Below are positions 36,880 through 51,043 of a stretch of 64,000 bases of DNA, in pieces. Numbering within the stretch: the stretch's first letter is position 1; every line of letters starts with the position of its first letter. The position numbers were made by a program, and so were the translations under genes. Below the pieces are notes generated by a model. The model saw only the letters and a program-made list of their open reading frames with translations, was not told where the DNA came from and ran no database searches. This DNA comes from Monocercomonoides exilis PA203 (Eukaryota > Protista > Preaxostyla): NCBI GenBank assembly GCA_001643675.2, contig LSRY02000012.1:1736001-1800000 (forward strand), written 5' to 3'.

Positions 36880-39800
36880 TTAATTAAATCGATCACACCT
36901 CTTATTGAAAAGGAAACCACAACATCCTTGTGCCTCCTTTTCTTCTTCTTCGTCAAGTTCTGTGATGCTGTTCCTTTTGCTTTTTTGAATGTCTTTTGTC
37001 TCACTTTCATTTCTCTTGCTCTCTTCCTCTTCATATTCATCTTCCACATCTTCTCCTTCCTCCTCTTCCTCTTCCTCTTCTTCGTCTAAGCTCATGTTAT
37101 CACTACTAATTTCTTCATACGAACCATTTCTCAATCGACTATTCCCAAATTCAGATGGTTTACTTGTGTCTTCCAAATAATACTCCTCATCTTCTTCTTC
37201 CACTTCATCTTCTCTTTCCGATGGAGACAACGCATTCACTCCACCAAACTGTCCTCTTCTTTTGCCTTTCTCAGCACTGTCTCTGATGCTGTCTTCTTTT
37301 CCTCTCACAAGCATTCCATTCACAACTTCATTCCCAATCGCTTCTGTCTGCTCCACAACTTGCTTCCTCTTCTTTGCTTTCCTTCTTCGCGCGATGCTGC
37401 TGTTCTTCTGCTTGGCACTCCTGCCGCTGCTTCCGTCTTTCCTGAACTGCTCTGGAATGTCCAGCGGTTGACATGCCAGCGCATTCTGCTGAGGACGCAT
37501 CTGCGACAATGATGTTATGCTGCGTCTGTGCAGAGGATGTTGTGCACATTCTGGCAGCTTGTCGTGTGTGCCATGCTGGTGGAGCTCCTGGAAAGAGGTG
37601 GAAGACGCAGAGCGCTGCTCAGAAATCTCCGAAAGATCGTCCACCCACCCGTCAGATATCTGGATGTGCCGATAGGATGGCTTGATGTCCACATTTGTGT
37701 CTGCTCCAAACGCCTCGTCTGCTCTCCGCCTCGCTCTCTTCGAAAGAAACGATCTGTTGTTGCGCTTCGGCGGCTGCTGTTGCAACAAGTTTGGCTGCTC
37801 TTCGTCTTCGTCGTCGTCGAGGAAGAAGTTGTCGTCAATTGCATCCATCTCGTATTCTCCGCTAGCACCTGAACGAGAATTGCTTTCTGAGTCTTCGTTG
37901 GCTTCGACAGATAGCCCAGTTTTCAGTCTTGTCATTTCCTCGTCTTCTGCATGTCTCATCATCGCTTCTTCGTTTTCCTCGTCTTCCATCTCTTCTCTTC
38001 CGCTGATCTCTTCGTCTCCCACAGACGATGTGAATGACATGACCTGCGCATTCTCAAAGTCGTCATCTTCATCGTCGTCTTCTCCCATCGCAAGCGGATC
38101 ATCCAAACGCCCTGAATACTTTTCATTCCCCATCTCGTCTATCCTCCGCACAATGCTCAGATTCTCTCTCAGCTCTCGCTCTCTTTCGAGTTCTTCTTCT
38201 GCTTCCAGTTCTCTTCTGTCACTTTCACTCAGATTCATCCGTCTTCTCCGCTTCGCCTTTGCCTCGGCATCGTCTTCTGCTGAGCTGCTTTCAAACTCAC
38301 TCCACACAGTTCGTCTTTCTTCTTTCTCTTGCTCCTTCTCCAGCTCCTTCTCCTTCTGCAGTGCCAGCACTTTCCTCTTGTTCTCTTCGATAATCCTCTC
38401 CTTTTTTGTCATCCGCATTGATGTTGTTGCTGACAGTGTGGGAAACGGGCAGAGAGGTGGTTTTGTCTGGTGCTTCATCGGAGTGCCTGCGTTGCGTGCG
38501 CTTTCAGCGCTGATGGTCACCCAGCCAGCTGCCTTCTGCTGCAGCGGCGACGGCAGCTGTTGTGTGCCCTGGATGTGGTGCTGTTGTGTCCATGGCCGAC
38601 TCCTCATTCCATTCTGCGACGGAGGCGAAAGAGGCAGCAAGCTCTGCCACACCTTCTTCTTCTTCTCCTCGCGCCAGTCGTGCACTGAATATGTGTTTGC
38701 ATCATCTTCACCGTCTGACTCACCGTCGATGAGTGAGGCACCAGCAGCAGGTGGAAGAGAGGAGAGCGAAGAAGGACAGGACGGTGTGTGTGCAGTGGAA
38801 GTGTTTGACGGATGGGAAATGAGAACTGCATGAGGAGAGCCATTTGCAGAGGATGTGGGAGAATTGAAAGGGAAGTGTGTGGATGAGCTGTGTGTGGCTG
38901 TGGTTTGTGTGGCTGGATTCATCGTGACATTCGAAGGGACTGTTGAGGCATACATCGACTCAGAGGAAGACGATGTTGACTGCGATGGAACAGGCGAAAA
39001 ACAGTTCATTGCTGTTATTTGTGCAGCTGCAGGTGATGAAGATGAAGAGGAGGCAGCAGGAGAAGAAGAGGAAGAGGCCGAAGAGGATGATGATGAGCCT
39101 TGTAATGAATGTGTTGAATGCTTTGCCAAATACATAAAACTCGAATGTTTCTTTTCCAATTCTGGTGTTGAAGAAGATGGCTTGTGCGTGTTGTTCCGTG
39201 ACATAGCAACAGCATCTGTCATTTTGTCCATTCGCGACTTTTCTGGCGAAATGGAGTGGTTGTCGTTGATCGCTGGTGAGTCCATTTTGTTTTCCTGCTG
39301 CAAAAGAGCTGCTTGTATGTCATTCATCACACTCTCGTTCTTCATCTGCGATCGTCTCAGCATTTCCTTCCGCTTTCGTCGCAGCTTCCTCTTCAGCTTG
39401 CTCTCCTTCCTCAATCTTTCTTCTTCGGAGTCTGTCCCATCGTCTGAAATGTCGTTCAGATCCAGCTCGTCTTCCCCGCCTTGAAAGAGCACATTTCGAT
39501 GCTGCTGAAACTGGAAGAAGTGAGGCAGTGAAGACGAATGCGATCGATACAGCAGATGCGGATGTGCAATGTCATTCGGCTCGTCAAATACAAACGGGTC
39601 GCCTGAGTCGTGTGGTTGGTTCTCCTCCCCCGCCTTATCCTCGCTTCCCTGCTCGTTCCTGCCGCTCGACGACTCTTCCTCAGCTTCCACACTTTCTTCC
39701 TCGCTCTCGTCAGAGTAGAGTTCATACATTCTTCGTGACCGTCTCGAAAGTAGCTCTTCCTGTGGAGTCATTGGCGGGCGAAGGAGTGCAGGCTTTTTGC

Positions 39801-42800
39801 CAGCAGAGCCTGCGGGTGTGATGGAAGAGAGGGGCTGAGTGCAGGAGTGGGGCACAGGAGAGGACGATGTAGTGGGTGCAAAGGAGCTGGCAGCAGAGAC
39901 AGTTGTGTGCAGCTCGTCGAGTGCTCCTTTGGTGTTTGGGGTGTCCTGAATGAAACTGGGCTTCGTGATGATGCTGAGGTTGGCATGGGCAGCATTTGGG
40001 TGGCTGATCATTTGGTCGAGCTGCCCATCAAACTCATCCAACATCGACGACACATGATCAGCATCTGTCACATTCTCACTCTTTTGGTCAGGCCCTTCGT
40101 CGACTGTGCTCGTGTGCTGCACTTCAATCCCATCGTCAAACATCATCAGCCTCTTCACTGCCCCTCCTTCACTCTGCCGACGCTGATAAAGACCATTCAT
40201 CCCCGGCTTCTTCACGCCAGCGCCTTTGCCTCCTTTTTGCTGTGCTGCATTTTCACTCTTTGGCTCAGTCACAATTTCGTATTTTTCTGAATTTGACGTC
40301 TTTTCAGTGTGTTCTGCTGATTCATTCTTCTTTTTATTCATTTGCTGCTGTTCTTGTTCCTGTTCACTTGTCGGTTTTTCTCCATCTTTCTCTCCATCTT
40401 CTGCTTTCTTTGTTAAAATTCCTTCATTCCCTCCTTTCCCATCTGTTGTTGAAGCAACAGACAGCTGCATCCCAATCTCCTCCAATTGCTGCCCAAAATT
40501 CGACTGGTTTGCTTTCATCATCTTCGCTTTCGAGTTTATTCTCGAATTGAGCTTCGACTTCCTCCCCTTTTTAGCCTTCTTTCTGTACTTTTCTGCATTA
40601 TGTCTGTGGAAGTTCGCTCTCAACCCATCGATGTATGCCTCCAAATCACCATGTCTCTTTTTGTACTTTGCAAAGAACACAGTGAACAGCCTGTGCTGCA
40701 GCAGAAGCTTCTTCTCTTCCTCTTCCTCTTCTGCTGCCTGGTCTTCTTCGTGTTCTAATTCTTCTTTCACTTTTGCCAAGTCTTCGAGAGTGCCGTGTGT
40801 GTTTGCAGCAAACGGGGCAAGGAGAGCAGAAGAAGTGTTTGTGGAAGGGAGGGAAAGAGGGAAGAGTTGGTGGGCAGGGCTTGAGAGAGAACCCAAGGGA
40901 GACAGATAGAAGGAAGAGGTGGAGGGCATGCTGGATGAGTGGGAAGAGGAGTATTTGGGAAAATTGAGAGAATCCTTCTGAATAAGCGAAAGGGCAGCAT
41001 TTGTGGCATTGAATGAAGTCTGAGCAGATGTTGGAGAGAGGACAGGAGAGGTGATTGGAGAGGGAGAGAAGGAAAAGCTGTTCATAGGGCAGATGGAAGA
41101 GAGCTCGGGTGAGAAAGGAGAGGAGAGAGAAGGAAGAGGAGGAGATGTGGGAGACAGGAAAGATGCCTTTGGGGAGATGCTGGGTGAATGCTGTGCTTTT
41201 CGCACTTTGGTCGAGTCATTGGCTGAAGACAGGTCATTCAACAAGGGCAATTTCTGGTTCTGTTCAGAAGAGGCAGAGTCAGCTGAGCTGAAAGGAGGGG
41301 AAAAGGGAGGAGAGAAAGGGGCGTGCTCAGAGAAGGAGGCAGATGGAGAGGCAGCAGCTGTCAAGCCAGGTGACATTGGAGAAGGTGTCTTCGTCTCCAT
41401 CGGCACAGAAAACGAGTAAAGAGACGTCGAAGAGAACTTCCTTTTGCTGTCAGACGATACATTCTCCTTTCCCTTTTTGTACTGCCATCTATTCGCATTG
41501 ATTGCCTCTTCCTCGTCTTCGTCTATCAGCTCATCTGCCTCTTCGCCTATTCCCATCATCCTCTCTCTCCTCTTCTCTCTCTCTCTGTCCCTCTGCTTCC
41601 TCCGCTCTTCTATGCCCCACCCGTCAAATGAATAGCCATCCCAGTTGGCTCCTTCGTGATTGTTTCGCTCGTGTTCTTTGTGTGCCCTCAACGACGTCTT
41701 ATGCTTCTCTTTCTCCTTTTCCTTTTCCTTTTCCTTCTCTCTCTCAGCCTCTTTTTCTTTTTCTTTCTCTTTCTCGATATGATCGCTGTGGTGTGTTGAT
41801 GTACTTGTTGAGTGTGTTGAAGAAGGAAGTGATGTTTTTGGTGCAGAAGAAGCAGAAGCTTGCTGTTGAATTGCTGTTTGTTGACTGAATGGCACTTGAT
41901 TAGATGAATATGATGAAACTGTTGTATTTGTTAATTCTGTCGTGGAAGAAGAAGAAGAAGAAGAAGAAGAGGCTGATGATGATGAGGAGGATAACGGAAC
42001 TGGTTTGACTTCAGAAAACAGTATTTTTGCGGGGAAATCAGCAAAAGAAAGAGAGGAGAAGGCAGAAGCGGTTGATGATTTTACAACATTTGAATTGGCA
42101 GGCATTTGAGAATCAGCAGAAATAATTGAAGAAGACGAGGAGGAGGAGGAGGAGGAGGAAGAAGAAGAATGTGTTTTCTGAGAATTATGTTGAATTTGAG
42201 TAGAATTGTCTGTATTTGACTGGCTGTTGTAAGTGAGGAAAGCAGAAGTGTTTGAAGAGTTCAAAGGCAAATGTTGATTGCTTGGAATATCACTAACATT
42301 ATTCTCTTTCTCTTTCTCTTTCTCTTTCTCTTTTGTGTTGCAGTTTCCATCATTCAATGCATCACATAAGTTTGTTGTCATTCCATTCACTTGATTCATC
42401 TTTTGAGCAGATGATTCATTCTCTTCTTCAGCCAGCATGCCATTGATGCAACTGCTCTTCACTTTCATTTTCTCCCTCTCTCTTTCTCTCTCTCCCTTCG
42501 ACATCATACGCAGATGGAGTGACTCATCAAGTTTTCTGATCTTCTCCTTCTCTTCAAAGCCTTTCAGCTCAGACTCATCGACTTCTGCTATTTCGTCCAT
42601 CAGATTGGAGGACGGCAGCTGGGCGTGGCTGAGCGAGCCTCTTCGGCGCAGATGGCGGGCAGACGAGGCAGGCGACTGGGACGATTTGGGAGAGGTGATG
42701 AGAGAGAGGGAGGCAGAGGAGGTGCCTATGGGAGAGGAGGAGAAGGCAGAGGAGACGGATGATGATAGATTAGATGAGGAAGATGAGGAAGAGGAGGAAG

Positions 42801-45712
42801 AAGATGATGATGATCCATTGAGTGTTAATGGAAGAGGAGGAGATGTGGGAGAGGCAAGAATGTTAGCTATGCCATCTGATTGTGATGGAGAGAAAGGAAG
42901 AAGAGGAGACAGAGGAAGAAGGGGGAGAGGAATAGAAGAGTGTGATTGAGCCAAAGAAAGAGGAGAAACAGAAGCCAAATTGGAAGAAGAAGAAGAAGAA
43001 GATGATGATGATGAAGAGGAGGAGGATGAAAGAGAAGAAGAAGAAGAACACAAAGTTGTTCCGAGAGGAGCCAAAGGAAGAGGAGAGAAGGCATTTGTGG
43101 GAGTGATTGATGAAGGAGACAGGACAGGTGAGGGTGTGCCACTGCCTGAGTGTGTTGCAGTGATTGAGCCAATTCCATTGTTATTATTGTTATTTCCATT
43201 GTTATTATTGTTATTTCCATTGTTATTATTATTATTATTGTTGTTGTTGTTGTTGTTATTGTTGACAGAAGCTGTGCTTGTGATAGCACCAAAAGAGGAA
43301 GCGTTGAATGAAGAGGCAAAAGAGAAGGGCGTGCCAGTGGCAGTGGTGGAGAGAGAAGGAAGAGGAGGAGAGAAATAGGAAGAAGGCGGAGAAAGAGGAG
43401 AAGTGTACTGGGGGGAAGGAAAAGCCAATGTTTGTGCTGCACTGCTGCTGTTTGAGTGAAAAGAGGAGAGAGGCAGAGGAAACAGGACAGTTCCATCTTT
43501 GGCGTCAGGAGGAGAGAGAGAGATGTCTGGCAGTGAAGCTTTCCCAGCACTCGCTGAATATCTCGTCAGATCACTCAGAAGTGTGTCCATTTCATTCCCT
43601 TTTGCTGTTGCTGCTGTTGCTGTTGATGATGATGCTCCTAATTGTCCAACAGCACCTTCTCCTTCCAATGTCCCACCCTTCCCTCTCCCTCCCCTTCCTC
43701 CTCCTCCTCCATTCACACCTCCTCCATCCTCTTCCTCTGCATCATTGCCAAGTGAGTCACAATCATCTACATAGTCTGCTTTGCTCATTTCTGTCTCCAG
43801 CCTCATCTGCACCTCCTGCATCTCCAGCCCTTTCAGCATCTCCTTCCTCTCCTTCCTCCGCATCTCTCTTTGCATCCTCTTCTGCTCAATCATCTTCTCC
43901 TCTTCTGCAATCGCCTTCTCCTCTTCTGTGTACACCTGAAACTTCAGCTTCTCCTCCTCCTCTCGAAACAGCCCAGACAGCAAGTGGTAGAAGACGAGCG
44001 ACTGCATCAGCGACAGATAAGGCACAATGGAATGCACCTTCGCACACTCCACACTCCGCTCGCTCGCCAAACTCAACTGCGCTGAGCTCGTCTTGTGTCT
44101 GTTCTCTTCGGCTATTCGCTGGCTGATCGCACTTTCATACCGCTTCTTCGCCTCCACATTCGCAATCTCTGTCTCTCTCACTCTCTTCTCGTGCTCTCTC
44201 TTCTTTTCGCTCTTGATCTTCGCCCATTCCATTTTGAACCTCCTTTTCAGCTCTGTTTTCCTCATCTCTTTCTCTTCCCCTTTTCTTCCTCTTCCTTCTT
44301 TTCCTTCTTCTTCCTCTTCCTCCATCCTCTTAGCACCAGCAGCAGCAGCATTGTTCATCTGCTCCTCCAACATCTCATCCTCCTTCAGCCACTGAATCCA
44401 CTGTTTTTCTTCTCTCCTGTGCTTCTCATACCTCCTCAGCCAGTCCACATACATCATCTTCCGCTCAGCCTGCATCACTTTCCTCTGTCTCTGTGCGATG
44501 TGCTCTTGGCGATGGGGGCACAGCCGGAGATAAGGGAAGAGCAGGAAGGACATCACCAGGCACGACCCAGCCTCGCCGAAGACAGCAGACGGGAGGAGCT
44601 GAGTGGTTGAGCGGTGGATGGAGAAGATGGAGCTGCAGGGAGACGTCAGCCGAGAGAAGGTTTTGGTGTGGGCAATGCAGAGACGGCAGGACGGAGGATG
44701 GGAATTGGAGAATGAGGATGATGAAGAGGAAGAGGAGGAGGAGGAAGGGGATGTTGATGGATAAACACATTGAGAGGAATTTGGATGTGAAGAAGAAGTT
44801 GAATTAGATGAATTAGATGCATTTGAAGCATTTGAAGCATTTGCATTTGTGTTTGAAGAGTTATTTGAGGAGTTGTATGTGGAAGGAGCGATGACAGGGG
44901 CAGAGGAAGAGACAGGAAGAGAGGCTGTTGATGTTGCTGACTGAGAATATTCGAAGCTCTTTTGGACAGTCACAGTGCGAGCAGAGTTGAATGGCGGAGG
45001 AAAGATAGATTTGTTTGAAGAGGAGGAAGAGGAGGAAGGAGAAGAAGAAGGAGAAGAAGAAGGAGAAGAAGAAGGAGAAGAAGAAGGGTTTGTAGAGGAA
45101 GAGGAGGAAGCAGATGACAAAGAAGAGGAAGAAGCATTGAAAGAAGAAGAGGAAGTGGAGGAAGAGGAAGAAGAAGAAGATGATGATGAGGAGGAAGAAG
45201 AAGAGGATGAAGAAGAGGAAGAGGAGGAGGAGGAGGAAGAGATTGAGATTGCAGGAACATGAATAGAAGAGCCAGAGAGAGGGAAAGCAGCAACCAGATT
45301 GAGCTCTCCTTCGTCGAAGGCCGAGCGAGCGCTGTTTGTGCAGTCGTCGTCGATGCCTTTGCCTTCTGTCTCCAAATTGCCTTCCATCTCTTCTGAAATG
45401 GCATCACTCAAAAGATTGGCTGTGATGGCTGCCTCATTCCCTGTGTCACTTTTGGAGTTGAGGTGTTTCTGATTCATTTGATTCATTTGATTCATTTGAT
45501 TGATCTGGTTGAATTGGTTGGTGAGGTTAGAGAGAGGGAGGGGGATGGAGAAAGGAGGGGAGACAGGAGAGACAGGAGAGAAAGGGGAGAGGAGGAGATG
45601 ATGAGGAGAGAGGAGAGAGGAACGAGAGGAGTTGGCAGCAGAGACAGCAGAAGGAGAAAGTGTGGAAGGTGTCTGTTTGGATGAGTTGATTGAAGAAGAA
45701 GAAGAAGAAGAA

Positions 45713-45748
<36 letters not shown>

Positions 45749-48700
45749 TTGGAAGAAGAGAGAGAAGAAGGTGTTGTGGAGTGAGGAGATAGGAGTGAGT
45801 GAGGTGAATTGGATGAAGTGCGAAGAGGAGAAGGATAGGGAGACAGCAGCAGAGCAGAAGAGATGGGAGAGGAAGAAGGAACAGGATGATTAGCATTTGA
45901 AGAAGACGAAGAGGAGGAAGATGAAGAGGAAGAAAATAATGATGATGAAGATGAGGAGGAAGAAGAGGAAGAGGGATAAGAAGAAGGCAGATAAGGAGAT
46001 TGACAAGCAGAAGAGGCAGGGGATGAAGTGAATGAGGAGACAGCGATGGAAGAGTGTCTGTGTGGAATGAGCTGAAGAGAAGTGATGCTGTTTCCGTTGC
46101 ATTTGGAGGGGGTGTCACACGAAGAGACAGAAGAAGACGATGAAATCGGCTGAGGGGCAAAGAAATCAGATGTCTTTGATGAATTGTCTGTTGACTTTGA
46201 GGCAGGAATAGGAGCTGTTCCAAGTTGAATGTGGTGATTGTGAGATGAAAGTGATGAAGAGGCAGAGGAAGAGGCAGAGGAAGAAGAAGAAGAAGAAGAA
46301 GAAGAGACAGAAGAAGAAGGGGCAAGTGAAGAAGCAGCAAAAGTTCTTCTCACTTCGTCTTCGCAGGCGTTGACAGCGTCCATCACGAATGGCGGGAGGA
46401 GGAGGTGAGAGTAGCAGCAGTTGACGAAGGGATGGAGAAAGAGCTGGATGATGTTCTTCCGCTTGTCGACGTCGCGTGTGAGGAGCTGGAGGATGAAGTC
46501 GAAGAGGAGCTGTTCTTGTGAATGGGCAGAGAAGATGTTGGTGTGGGAGTGGGAGTGGGAGTGAGGGTGGGTGTGTGTGCGAGGGGTGGATGAGGCAGAG
46601 GCAGAAGAAGAGGCAGCAGTGAGTGGAGTGTGTTCACTGATGAGAGGGCGATAGGAGAAGAGGCTGGAAGAAGAAGAAGAAGATGTTGTGTCGTCGTTGG
46701 AGGAGTCTTCGTTGAGTGAGAGGGCAGACGAAGAGAGTGCCCAGTCACTCGAAGATGTCGTGTCCAAAAGAGAACTCAGCTCGTCCTCTTCCAAAAGTGC
46801 TGCGTGTGTTCCGTCTGCAGATGGACGGGAAGAGGATGCTGATGAAGAAGCTGAAGATGATGTTGTCTGAATGTTTGTGCTGTACTTCTCATTCAGATTG
46901 TTCAGCAGCATCTTCTTCTCGTTCATCCTCTTCTTCCTCCTCTCCTCCATCTTCTTCGTCCATCGCTTTTCTCTCCTCCGCTTCCTCTTCTTCTTCGCAT
47001 CCATCTTCCTCATAATCTTCCTCCTCCTCTCCTTCCACTCCTCTGGAAACCACACCACATCCATCTCATTGTCGCTCCAGCTGTTTGGCGTCTCATCCTC
47101 CTCCAAATCAGTCACCCCATCCGACTTCCCTCCGCTTTGCCCTTTCGATCTGCTGGCTGAGTTGTCTTCGTCGTCTTCGTCTTCCTCTGAGCAGCTGTTG
47201 GAAGACGATGACAACTCCTCCAAAAAGGACGATGAATCACTTTCTCCTTCTTCCCCTTTGTCACCATTTCCCCCTTCTTCGCCTCCTCCCTTTCTGCTCT
47301 CATTCTTGTTCGATGACCGCTTCCTCTTCTCGTTCGTCTTCAGCACATTCATCTGCCTTCTCCTCAGCTTTCTAAACTTCCTCTTCCTCTCTCTCTTCTT
47401 CTTCTGTCTGAGCGCTTTCCTTCTCAGCCTCTCCTTCTCTCTCTGCGTCTTCTTCATCATAAATGCCAGTTCCAACTCATTCTGTGCTGAAAAGGGGAAG
47501 AAGCCGAATGAGACATGGTAGACAAGCACACCCAGTGCCCAGACATCAATTGGGTGTGCCATGAATGCTGTTGGGAGTGACTGCTGAGACTGCTGGTGTG
47601 TCGGAGTGAGTGATGGGGTGGTGGCTGAACTGGATGGAAAGGGAGAGTTTTGAGAGGTGGAGGATGAGAAAGAAGAGCCGCTGTTGACTTTGCTGAGGCT
47701 GCTGTTGTTGTTCTGTGTCTGCACAGCGCTGCCAGGCAGAGCAGCAAAAGAAGAGTCCTTTGCTGAGTGAGAAGGCTGAACTTGGGAGAAAGTGGGGGTG
47801 GGAGTGGCTGTGATGGGCACTTGTGTGTGGGAGATGTGTGTGATTGTCTCAGGCGCATAAAAAAGAGGGGTGCCTTTGACTTCCGTCAGGAGCTGTGTGG
47901 GGAAGAGGGCAGAGGCGCTGAGGGGAGGGCGGGTGGAGTGGAGAGAGAGGGCAGAGGAGTGGGTGGAGTGGGTGGGTGTGGGCGAGGGGGAGGAGCTGGT
48001 GGAGGAAGGGGCGTGGGAGAGAGAAGAAGAGGGGAAGGGAGAAAAGGACTGGAAGGAGCGCTGAATGGGGAAGGAGTCGTATGAGACGCCAGAGAGAGAG
48101 ACGGAGTGGTTGTGTGAGGGAGACATGGGGAGTGAAATGAATGGAGGGCGATGAGAAGACATGTTGTGTTGCTGTTGTTGCTGTTGCTGCTGCTGTTGTT
48201 GTTGTTGTTGTGAGTGAGGAAGAGGAGAAAGATGAGGGAAAGGCGGAGAGCGCAGCACAGGAACAGGAGAAGGAGAAGGAGAGGCGCTGACAGAATCAGC
48301 AGGAGTGATCTCTCCTATTGGGGGGAATGAGACAGGAGAGAAGAGCTGTCTGTTGGGTAAGTCAGAATATCTGCCTTTGAGAGTGTCTTGTGGATATCTC
48401 TTTGTTTTTTGCTGTTTTTGCGCCTGTTCCACTCTCTCCAGTGCATTCGGGTGGAGGATGTCAGACATCCCAAAATCTGCTATTTTGGCATCGAGCATAG
48501 AAAGAGCATTGTTCACAGCGAGTGTGGCAGGGCTGGGGGAACAAGGGAAGGAGGTGTCAGAATTAGAGTGGGCATCAGATATTTGGTGAGATGAAGAAGA
48601 AGAAGAAGAAGAAGAGGATGATGATGATGATGTGGATGATGATGATGATGATGATGTGGATGAAGTGTTCTGTGAATGTGCAGGTGTGATGTGCATAGAA

Positions 48701-50500
48701 TGTGCAAGGCTGCTGTTCTGATAGAAGAAGCCGTAGTGTGATTGCACAAATGAGCAGGAAGGGTAGTAAGAAGAGGGATATTGCTGCAGATGGGGTGAAG
48801 ACGGGGTGTGTGGGAGAGCAGAATGAGACCCGTGGCTTGCTTCAGACTGAGTGTCGGATGAAGATGCAGTGTGGGATGACATGGCGAGTGAAGAGAGAGG
48901 TAGAGGGGGAGAGACAGGAGAGACAGGGAAGACAGGGGAGAGTGGGGAAAGAGGAGGAGTCGATGTGAAGTGTGCCAGGCGGCGGGAAGAGGACGATGGA
49001 TGGCTGACAATCAACACATTCTCGTCTTTGATGTCTCTGTGGACGATGCCGCGGGAGTGGAGGTACAACAGCGAGAGAAGGAGAGAGCGGATGAAAGTGC
49101 GCAGAAGAGTGAAGCGAAAGAGTGGGTTGAGATGTGGCTGTGATGTGATTGGTTGGAATGACAGTGGATTTGTGTATGGAGAACAGGGTGGGAGATAAGG
49201 AGATGAAGATGAAGAAGAGGAGGAGGATGAGGATGATGATGATTGTTCGACTGCTGCTGATCGATTTGAGTGTAGTGGTGCCTTTGGTGAATGGGCAGAG
49301 GGAGAAGGAAGAGCAGAGGCAGATGCTGACACAGACGATGACGCATTAGCCGTGACGTTGGCCAGAAGAGGCGATGATCTCATTGACAGAGAAGACGCTG
49401 ACTGTTCTCCTCTGCCCATTGCGAGTGTTGCAGCAGCTGCTGAGGACATTCCGAATGTGGATGAGTGTGATGATTGCAAGGGCGACAGAGGAGTCAGCCC
49501 AAGAGCTCCAGTTATTGAGGATGGATCGTTGTTTCGATATGATCCCGATCGCTGAATAAGAAGCTGTGATGCTGCACCAGGATTCATTTTACGTTCACTC
49601 ATAAGTCTGTATGCCTTTTGAAGGGCATCAAGGGAAGAACCCTGGGCCAAACAGGAGCGAGATGAAATTGGTGTTCTGGACCTCTGTGTGCTTTTGTTGA
49701 GAAGCGCAGGCGGCATTCCGCGAATCGATCCAGATGAAGTCAATGACCCACGCGAATGGAAGAGGGAAGATGAACCTTTCACTTGAGAATAATTTAGCTG
49801 CAAAAGTGGAGAAAAGGATGCTATCGTTCCAAAATCGGCAAATTCCAGAACTATAGAAATATAAATTTTAGCATGCAATGTCAAAAGTGTAAAAATTAAA
49901 AATCATACCTAGTATAAGTTTTTCACTTGATCTATCATCAATTATTTCATAAAGTTGGATGATATTCGGATGCTCAACTATTCTCATAACTGAAAGTTCT
50001 TTAGCCATCTGCTGATTATAAGGAGTTGCACCTATTTTCCTTTTTAATAGAAATCTTCGATTAATTATTTTAAGTGCCTGGAAAAAGAACAGAAAAGATT
50101 GAAAACAATAAAATAATATCCAAACGAAATAAAAATTACAAACCGCAAGCTGTCCATTGGTAAGGTCTCTTGACAACTTCACTTTAGAAAATGCTCCACG
50201 TCCCAGCAATTTTATAATTTCATACTGGTTCATTATCTTTTTTCCAGAAGGAGTGTTAACTACATTAAGTTTTGTTGTAACAATACAGCTATGCTCCGGA
50301 ATTAATTTTAATTTGGATAATATTTCATCTGAAGATTCAACTAACGATTTGAACACTTGTGGCGAAGTTGAAAATTCTATGAAAGGGGTTAACTGAACGT
50401 GTGAAGGAGGTGTTGGAGTCTTCCGAATAAGCGGAACAGGCTCATCGCCAGAATGAATCTTTTGTTGATCCTTTTGCTTTTTTGATGGCGTTTGTCCCAT
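36880..50500 (-). CDS. Giant (~4,498 aa) CaMKK/Ssp1/GRIK-like Ser/Thr kinase. Exons 50500-50144, 50077-49909, 49850-36880
   Basis: NQYEIIKLLGRGAFSKVKL, A|ALKII, KELSVM..HPNIIQLYEIIDD..KLIL|VLEF, HRDIKDEN, KIADFG, GTPLFYAPE, DVWALGV, QLLTRDVDKR..HPF all occur in order. Two in-frame GT-AG introns. Confidence 0.9.
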
Positions 50501-51043
50501 GTTTCTATGTTATTGCCGAAAAATGCATTAAATTAAAAGTCAATAAAAATCCCCATATCTTATATTTTGTTGATCAATAATCTCTTTGTCAGCCATCAAA
50601 AATAAATATGATAGAATACATCTGTTATGTTATTGTTAAACAATAAAATTAACGTTTGTTTTGAGTATTTTTGCACTTTGTATTTAATTTCATTCATTTT
50701 CAATTAACTTTAAATCAGTTGCTTCAAGCTAACTTCGACGAAATTTGAAATATTGTTGAAAATAGTTCTTTTCCCAAATATTTTGTTGAATATTATCCGA
50801 AAACACCTTTATCTTTCTTCTTTATGCAAATAATTCATTTCAAATAATCCGATCTCAGACTATTGGTCTTTGAAATGTCAATATGTCCTTTATATACTGT
50901 CCTTTGCATTAATTACATGAGAGCAATCAACGCGTTAGCTTTCTAAAAGCTAAAATCAACAAATCAAAAAGAAAATTAGTTTGTTTTAAAAGTTATTTGA
51001 ATGCACGGGAAATGTGTAGAAATAAAAGAGAAATGATTACATT

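Noticed and set aside
36989-49559. Many + strand ORFs up to 383 aa (e.g. 37682-38833) opposite the giant kinase
   Set aside because: They are antisense shadows of low-complexity coding sequence (poly-E/D mirrors of poly-S) with no independent motifs.
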